This document shows, one piece after another, positions 54,731 to 64,000 of a stretch of DNA of 64,000 nucleotides (position 1 is its first letter; each line of letters opens with the position of its first letter). The notes beneath the pieces were generated by a model, which was given only the letters and a program-made list of their open reading frames with translations, was not told where the DNA came from and ran no database searches. Source of the stretch: the human T2T-CHM13v2.0 reference genome, Homo sapiens; the NCBI RefSeq assembly GCF_009914755.1, contig NC_060925.1, one strand, 5' to 3'. The translations under genes were made by a program, and so were the position numbers.

Positions 54731-56319
54731 CCTGTCTACTGCTGCTACTCTTGACCAGAAAGAATGATTACAAATGCAATACGTTAAGGAGCAGTGTCAT
54801 TTCCCTAGAGACACTTCAGTGGGCATGAGAAATTTGGAATCTGGAAATTTGGGTGCCACTTAATTGAGCAGTTTCATTATTATTGTCACAGTCTGAAATG
54901 TCCTATCTCTTCTAATTAAAGAGAAAAGCCACCCAACCATGGACATGTTTTCTGTCAGAGCCCTAGGAGCTACACCACCACTTCTATTCATTTATTTTCA
55001 CAGCCAATAATCAAGGTCAGAAACCTAAAACAGCAGAGTTTTCAAGTTTTTGCCCTAAATATTTTATGGTACCATCAAAACAAAAATTGTGCAGTCAATA
55101 CAAATTTCAATGTTCAGATCTACTTTTTACTTGTTAATCCTCTAAACTGTTTGATACAATCACCTCTTGATAGTTCAAGAGATGATTGAATTTGAGGATT
55201 AACTAGTTTCCATTACTTTTCTTCCTCCTCCTCTCCACTGTTCACACATTTGGCTGTTAAAGTTCAAAAGTATTTCTACTAGAGAAAAAAAGATAACATT
55301 ACAGAAATGACATGCAGATTAGACAACTACACTACTTATTAATTTTTGAAGGACTACAGGGAAGAAAGATAAAGAAAGGATTAAAGCTATTTGTTTAAAA
55401 TAATTTGAGAGGCCTAAATACAGCAGTTATACATCATGGAATGAACACATGCCTGGAACCTCTGCTTCCTTTAGCCACTCCGCTAATATAACAGAAATGA
55501 GATTTCTATTTTTTTAAAGAAATAAAACCACAGGGACAAATAAAAGGAGAAAAAAAGACAAAATCATATGTTGGAATCTGGAAAGCAGATGTCCAAGTGA
55601 TAACTGACTGCAGATTCAAGAAAACTGCATCTTTGCCCACCAGTAAGGAAAGGAAACCACAAAAATAACTTCGTTTAAATTCAGAATTCATAAGGATTCA
55701 CAACTTGGTGGAACCAGGCGCCTCTGGAAGTGGGGTTGCAGGTAGAGCTAAGAGCAGGGGATTGGTTGAAAGTCTGTGTAACCAGCACAAATCTCATCCA
55801 TATTCTACTAAGCTGAACAACTGCCCTCCCCTGCCTCAGCCAGCAGAAGACTGAAGGCTTAGTTCCCAGGGAAGGGCTCTAGACTGGGGACAAAAGTGCA
55901 CTCAAGGTTGGGAGGACTGTAGCGAAAACAGAAAGAACAAGAAAAAGTCCATGTGATTGAATGTGGAGGTCCACCTACCCTGCCTCCTCACCCCTCCTTC
56001 ATGCCCACTTGGCTCCCAGAATACTGGCAGCAGGGAATTTGAAAACCCTTCTCCAAGGTAGCTGATCAGCCTAAGGGAAAGGATGTAAAGGTACTGATGT
56101 GTGAGTTTCCCCAAAGAAAAACCCCAACCAGATTACCTTACAGGGAAGCCCTCTAGGTACACAGTTTCCAACTGGAGTTTTACAGCCCCATAGTAAAATG
56201 TGAACAGACAGCCAAGTGTCACCAGACTTTTGAGAAAATCATCTAAAATGAAGTCAGAAAAAAAGGCGAAGAACAACTAGAAGGTGGCAGAGACAGACAG
56301 ACAGAAAAAAAGAAACAGT

Positions 56320-56508
56320 GAGAGAGAGAAAGAGAGAGAGAGGAAAGAAGAAAGAAAGAAAAAGAAAGAAAGAAAAAGAGAAAGAAATAAAAAAAAGGAA
56401 AGAGAGAGAGAAAGAAAGAAGGGAAGGAAGGAAGGAGGGAGGGAGGGAAGAAAGGAAGGAAGGAAGGGAGGGAGGGAGGGAAGAAAGAAAGAAAGAAAGA
56501 AGAAAAGA
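56320..56508. repeat. Polypurine low-complexity tract (GA/GAAA/GGAA/GGGA)
   Basis: 189 nt containing a single T (56388). Confidence 0.95.
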
Positions 56509-57214
56509 TCAATTTTGGAAAATAAATCAGATGGCAGCCAAAAAAATCAAAAAACAATAAACAAATCCATTTTGTTTATAATCAGAAATATTGAAAGATA
56601 AATCTGAGATAATAACTTAGAAAGAACACAAAGACAAAAGGATGGAAAACAGTAGATTTAAAAAATTATAAAATTAAAAGGCCAGTCCAGGAAGGCAAAT
56701 ATTATCATAATTGGAGTCCAAAAAGGGAGAACAGAAAAAAAGGGAGGGGAGAAAATTATAAAATAATTGTTGCAACTCTTTCAGGATAAAAAGGATACAA
56801 TCCACAGTGTGCTCCCAACAATGACTAAAAATAGATGCACACCAAGGCACCACTGTAAAATTTCAGCACACTGAAGACAAAGAGAACGCCTACAATTTTC
56901 CAGAGAGAAAAAACAGGTTTCCTGCAAGGGATCAAGCATCAGAGTAGTATCAGATTTCTCTCCAGCAATTCCAAAAACTAGAAGACAATGGAATCATGTC
57001 TTAAAATGTTGAAGGAAAATTGTTCCTAACCTAAAATGTTATGTCCAACCAAACTGTGAATTAGACATCAAGGTAGAAAAAGACATTTTCAAACATGCAA
57101 GATCTCAATGCATTAATTTTACCTACATACACTCTTTCTCAGGTAGTTGCTGGAGGATGTTCTCCAGTAAAATGAAGGAGTCAAAAGCAAAAGGAGGACT
57201 GGGATTCTAAAAAC

Positions 57215-57673
57215 TGTGAAAGGAAAATAAATCTTGTGCCCCCAAATCACTAAGCTAAAGGGAAAAGTCAAGCTGGAAACTGCTTCAGCAAATCTGCCAC
57301 CCATTCTATTCAAAATCACCCCTCTGCTCACTGAGATAAATGCATATCTGATTGCCTCCTTTGGAGAGGCTCATCAGAAACTCAAAAGAATGCAACCATT
57401 TGTCTCTTATCTACCTGTGACCTGGAAGCCCCCTTCCCACTTCAAGTTGTCCAACCTTTGCTTCCAGTTTTCCTGCCTTTCCGGACCAAACCAATGTTCA
57501 TCTTACATATATGGATGGATGTCTCATGTCTCCCTAAAATGTGTGAAACAAAGCTGTGCTCAGACCACCTTGGACAAATGTCGTCAGCACCTCCTAAGGT
57601 TGTGTCACGGGCATGCATCCTTAACTTTGGCAAAATAAACTTCCTAAATAAACCCAGATATTTGGGGTTCACA
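57215..57673 (+). mobile_element. MER4A1-like ERV1 solo LTR
   Basis: 'tgtgaaaggaaaataaatctt...gggttcaca'; 4-bp TSD aaac; AATAAA near the 3' end. Confidence 0.88.
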
Positions 57674-58489
57674 AAACAAATATTCAACACTTAAGAGGAT
57701 GGAGAGAATTCTTAAGATGATGGTGAAAAGAGAACCCAAAACAATAGCTATGCAGCTGTTCTGGAGAACCAGTCCAGATTAGAGCAAATTGGAAGACTCT
57801 GGAAAAAAACTGCTTTAAACAAATGAAAGTAGTAGAATACCTAATATGTTTGAAAATACTGAATGGAGATTTACATAACTGGGAGGAATAATTGGGGGAT
57901 GAATTAGTGATGAACATATGGAACACTAAATAAATTTTTAGAAAAGACAATAATAATATACAAAATATTGTGCAAAAAGAAAATTAATCCTGGGAAACTG
58001 CATGAAACATCTGTGACTAGCATTTCTATAACCATAACAACGTAAACCCTGAATACTAATCTAATGAAAACGGTGATATAGCTACCCTGCAAGTTGGAAA
58101 GGAGAAGAAGTATGGGTAGGGTGAGAGAGTGACCAGGGAGTAAATTTCTAGAGTGAGGAATCAATAGATAATGCCTAAAACTAAAAATTTGAGAAGTAGA
58201 CATATGAATGTGCTCTATGATTATATGCAGATAAATATGAAAAAAAACAGTTTCAAGAGTTGCAAATGGTAGCACTGCAGAAGTGAGAAGTGGAAAGTGA
58301 GAGTTGGGAATGGTTGTGGGTACTCATAATACTATTCAACCCTTTACATTCTGTGCATGTATAACTTATAGAAATTAAAATTAGCTAAAATAGTAGCAAT
58401 ATTTTGAACATATCTATTTTTTTAAACTTCTCCTAGTGAACTGGCTTGGTAAAATTTCTTATAATATATAGCCTATTATACTTCAGGAA

Positions 58490-59225
58490 AATGATTTTAA
58501 AACTGCATGTTGTGGCCTATTAGGGGGTTATGAAATCAGTTGAGTAGGTGGCCGTTGACATGTTTGGAATAGAATGGAATACAATAGTAGCAGATACCAC
58601 TAATCTTATACAAGCACCCCCATTCACCCTTTATCCTTCAAGAAATTCATCCCGAGTTTTAGCTAGATATATGACTACAAGCTAGGATAAATGTGCAGGT
58701 ATTGTCACATGGATAAGTTTGGACTAATGAGCAATGAGAAGAAGCAATGTCTATGCAACACGTAGGTTATCCTCGTAGAGACAAAACTATTTGTTGGGAC
58801 ACTCTTTTTCCTCCGTTTAGGCTAGAATGTGGATAAATAGGTGAACCAAATTCAACCAACTTGATAAGACAACCCACTCAGAGAAAGAAGACCAACAAAA
58901 TAGAAGAAACGGTGTCCCTGAATGGCCTTGTCAGGCAAAATTTTCCACCACTCTGAAATACTCATCACGGAAAAATCTCATGAGGAAGAAGTAAACTTCC
59001 ATCTTATTTAAGGCAAGCATTTTGGATTTCTGTGCTACAGTGGCTAAAAGGTACCTAATACATAAATAGAATAGAAAATATCAGAGTGCACCACTTGTTG
59101 GAAGGGTATGTATTGTTTTGTGAAATTTTTGTTTCATGATATATGAAGGGATCACATATATGTTTCTCTATGTTGGGTTGCAATTTAAATACTGGATTGC
59201 AGTCAGAAAAGTTCTAGAGTCACTC
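58490..59225. mobile_element. hAT-Charlie-type MITE, split by MLT1
   Basis: 'ttttaaaactgcatgttgtggcctattag...aatagaatagaaaatatcagagtgca'. Confidence 0.55.
58586..59062 (+). mobile_element. MLT1J-like solo LTR
   Basis: 'gtccctgaatggccttg...agtaaacttccatcttatttaag...cctaataca'. Confidence 0.65.
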
Positions 59226-59764
59226 CTTAGGGCGTGTCTCTTATGCTTGATAAATGTTGTTAGTTAAACAAAGTAATGGTATTTTAGAATGAGGCCTCTC
59301 TGCAGAAGAGCATGTAAACTAATAAGCTGTGTTGACTTTGGACTCCTTATCCGGGTCTCAGCTTCCTAACATGCAAAAATGGCAGAGTTTGAGCAAATGA
59401 TGTTGATATGCCTTTCAAGTCTAAAATTATGTTATATAGCCAGAAAGACTAGGGACGCTTCATGTCACAAGCTGGGAAGGGGAGAGATCTAGAGACAGAT
59501 GGGCACAGATTGTCTTTTGTTGGCTGCTATTTGAATAAAGATCCCCTTTCTCAGATTTGGGAGATGCGGCACAATGAAAGGCAGCTAGAGGAGTAGGTGG
59601 AAACCCGTGCTGTTGTGTCATGACCTAGACCAGACAATATAACAGCGACAACTGTGCCCTGGTTGTTCTCCAAGTTTGGGGAGGTAGGAAGAAACAAAAA
59701 AGGAGCCACATATATGTAATAAGAACTAAGGAAATGTTGCAAAAATACAACCAACAAGAAAACA

Positions 59765-59830
59765 TTAAAGGAAATGAAAATGTTTAGCCTGGAAGAAGGC
59801 TGGGGCAATTGAATAATTATTTCTTAGGTG
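59765..59830 (+). mobile_element. L3/CR1 fragment
   Basis: 'aaggaaatgaaaatgtttagcctggaagaagg' resembles the CR1 RT-end motif. Confidence 0.4.
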
Positions 59831-59874
59831 GAACAATGCAATTCTAAATAGAGAGCTTATCAACAGATTCTTGA

Positions 59875-60620
<746 letters not shown>

Positions 60621-60891
60621 TCTAGATTGAGAAAAGATGGATAAAAATTGTCCCCCCAAAATTGTTAAATTTCTTCATTGTTAGCACGATTAACTGGCAG
60701 GAGTGGATAGACGGTGGAACTGTGTGTGGACAATGATTCCTACTGCATAGCAGTGTTGATGAAAGAAATATTATATAGAAGAAGGATCATTAGATTTGCT
60801 GTACAATTATACAATGAGAGAAAACAAAACCAAGAAAGACACAGAGACTATGACTACATCAGTTAACCCAGAAAAAGAATTGTTCCTTTTT

Positions 60892-61228
<337 letters not shown>

Positions 61229-62899
61229 TCATCAAAAAGCCATTAGGAAAAAACATTCAAAATAAAAAAAGTCATCTAGGATATGAAGGGAAAAAAAAGG
61301 AGGATAAATCTTGAAAGCCATTCACAGATAGTTCATAGTTTATACAAAAGAAAAAATTAAAGAGGAATCAAGTAACAATTGAGAAGGAGCCACAAATTCT
61401 TAGAGAATTTTAGCTGTTACACAAACAAATCAAAATACTGAGAGTATTGCAGCACTTTTTAAAGTTGATGTTTAAAATTGAACCTCCTTCCCATATTTAA
61501 GGAAGAAACAATAAGTGCAAAAACATTCTAATAATCAAAACAGCTCATTTTTTGTGTTTGTAACCTTGTGTTTATGAAATCAATCAAAGAAATCAACCAA
61601 ATGGAGTAGTGAAAAGAACCCCGGCTGCTGGCTGGCTGTGTGTAGCCCAAACAGCCCATGTGAGCTGGGGATTAGAAGGCACTTTCTCTTAGTGAATAGA
61701 AATGGAAACAACTAGAGAATCCGAAATTCAGTGAGGAGCACCCTGGACTTCAAGCATTTGTAAATAGAACATCTGTGCATGCTTTGTAATTAACTGACCA
61801 GCTATATTTTGGAAAGTAGCCTGTGTTGTGTGACACCAAACCACCAAACCAAAATACCGTAACGGATGGGTCTAAGGCAGAGGCATGTCATGCCAGCCGA
61901 GGGGTTGCATCAGCGTCCATGCTAGTGAAGCAAGAAGAGAGGGAATTAGCAAGGCCGCACTCTATTCAGTCCTGAATGACGATTTTTATAATTCTATAGA
62001 TGCAGAGGGTTTTATTTGTTTGGGTGTTTTAGTTGCTCTTTGCAACTTTAACTTGGTCCATTTCATTGTATTACCTCTTCTCAAATAATTCTATAATTTC
62101 TTTGTCAGGTTCCAAACGGAAATAACCCTAGAATACCTTGTGCTCCATAGACGGTAATTCCTTTTCTCCTTCCCTACAAAAGTGATGTTTCAGGAAACGA
62201 AGTTAGACGGAATTCTGGGATAATGGCTTTATCTGGCAGCCTATGCTACTACTGAGGAGAAAAAATGGTGAACATTTGGTAGACCCTATGGCACCTGCAA
62301 AACTCAAGCAGTCATATAGGATGGGAAATTGACATGATAATGAGCTCATTTGTATTCCCATTTACGGCCCTTCCAATGACTTACTCGGAGACTGCTTAGC
62401 GAAATCCTTTTGAGAGAATCTGACACAGCCTCCTCAATCTGGAGGTGTCTGTTTTTCTATTAAGGTGATCCCAAGACCCATTACAATTCACCAGTTCTGC
62501 CCTATCTGTCCCTAGAGAGAAATTAAAAGAAGATGGGGAGCATGTTCAGAGAAATAAATGTTGGGAGAAACGTTACTACTCAAACATTGAAAAAAACTTC
62601 CTTAATTCAACCTAATTAAGGATGAAGATCAATCTGAATTAGAGTACATTTCATGTAGAAAAGTTTTTTTAAAAAAACATCTCATTCTTTTTGGAATGAA
62701 ACAGAATATAAATAAATATTTTTTAAAAACATATTAAAGATGGTGGGAAACAAAAACAACAAATCATTTCCAAGTAGAGACTGCTTCAATGAACAGGTAA
62801 GGCCATATCATAATTAAAACAATTATCTAGATGCAGACAATTAACCTACTAAGTCCTTAGGCTCAGTTCTTCACAAACAATGTAAAGCAACAGCAAGTG

Positions 62900-62900
<1 letters not shown>

Positions 62901-62945
<45 letters not shown>
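62901..62945. repeat. T45 homopolymer with no SINE body
   Basis: Direct reading. Confidence 0.95.
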
Positions 62946-62946
<1 letters not shown>

Positions 62947-62947
<1 letters not shown>

Positions 62948-63122
62948 AGTGGTTCTCAGCCAGAGCTGTTCATCAAAAGTACCCCAGGGTATTTTCAAAA
63001 TACAAATGCCCAGACTCACTCCAAATGTATTCCATCAGGGCACTTGTGGAAGGACAGGAAAAAAATGAGCGTGCACCCTTTGGAAAAAAAACTCCCAAGT
63101 TGATTCTTATGTGCAGCCTTAG
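62947..63122. mobile_element. MER5-like MITE
   Basis: 'cagtggttctca...aaatacaaatgccca...ctcccaagttgattcttatgtgcagcc'. Confidence 0.65.
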
Positions 63123-63169
63123 CCAAAAACATGAATTTATTGAACATCCACTATCTTATAAACATTTTG

Positions 63170-63265
63170 CTTAGATAATCTTACAGATGGGGAATCTTAA
63201 GAAGTTACACAGACAAAATTTTGAATATCTGGTTCCAACTTCCATGCTTTGTCCTTAGCACTACA
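63170..63265 (-). mobile_element. MIR fragment
   Basis: 'ttacagatggggaatc...gttacacag...ccatgctttgtcc'. Confidence 0.5.
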
Positions 63266-64000
63266 TGCCCTATAAGATAACGTCAAGAAAGCCGAAATGC
63301 ACCTCCTAGTTAGTAAGACTTAACTAGAAGTTAAGAAACAGAGGCTGATCCCAAATAAAAATATGCTAATCCCTGGCTGCTTAGAGAACTGAGCATACAC
63401 CACGCTTCCCGAGATGTGCAGAGCTGGTCCTGGGTATAGTTCCCATAGAAAGAAATGGCAGCTGCAACACTGCCCGGCTTTTGAGTCTCTTTTCCTACAC
63501 ATGTGGTAGGAATTGTCACCTACCCCAGAGCTATATATTATACCTGAACAAACCTTTGCCCAAACATGTAGTGTTTCCTTGCTAGGACACATCTGGCCTG
63601 CTCCTTGAACTGGAGCTCTGAGATTAGCTGGCCAGATTCCAACTGAGAAGGCTTTTTATCTTTCTCACAGTGACAGGCAGCATTGGGAAGCCCCAGAGAT
63701 CCGGCACAGGAAGGATGTTGATGATATTGTGGATGATGTTGCTGATGATATCTGAGAAAATCATCTTCCCCAAATGCCATCACGTCCATTGTCATCTGAC
63801 AAGACCAGGCAGCAGTCTCTACTGCCTATCATGTCTAGTTGAATTCTCTCAGCCTGTGAGCACCCTCCATCAATTTGCCTCCTCATCTACCATCCCTTTA
63901 ACCTGCTTTGTCCTCCCCAAAAGTAAGGGTTGGGTTCTTAACTCAGCCCATGTTCACAGTAGCCTTCACTCAGGGAAAACAACATCCTAGTCCACCACAG

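Larger units (their letters stand above)
55460..58390 (+). mobile_element. HAL1/old L1 relic with decayed ORF1
   Basis: Near 56926 reads KGSSIRVVSDFSPAIPKTRRQWN, resembling the L1 ORF1p RRM/CTD; passes to a 3'UTR-like end with no visible ORF2. Confidence 0.7.

Noticed and set aside
56243-56601. Lys/Arg/Glu-rich and Phe/Ser/Leu-rich ORFs
   Set aside because: Translations of the polypurine tract

Overview
Primate (human-like) non-coding genomic DNA, intergenic or deep intronic. I cannot support any protein-coding exon, tRNA, rRNA or CRISPR array, and I cannot name the locus. The supplied ORFs are chance or repeat-derived. Much of the window is interspersed repeats: 16 Alus, many MIR/L2 relics, L1 and HAL1 fragments, solo LTRs (LTR10C, MER4A1, LTR41, MLT1) and hAT/Tigger MITEs. 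Family names come from recalled consensus sequences, not a search, and old-element boundaries are approximate. Several repeat-free, motif-dense islands are candidate enhancers. The most unusual structures are: (1) an unrecognised ~130-200 bp module present three times at 23.1, 24.6 and 26.6 kb, the third copy apparently inserted into a DNA-transposon relic; (2) a recursive-splice-site-like motif (polyY-CAG|GTAAGA) followed by a 102-nt exon-like segment and a second strong donor at 33.46-33.57 kb; (3) a fossil twin-primed L1 inversion; (4) a solo LTR10C with intact CCAAT-CCAAT-TATA; (5) short perfect hairpins at SINE ends. None is proven functional from sequence alone.
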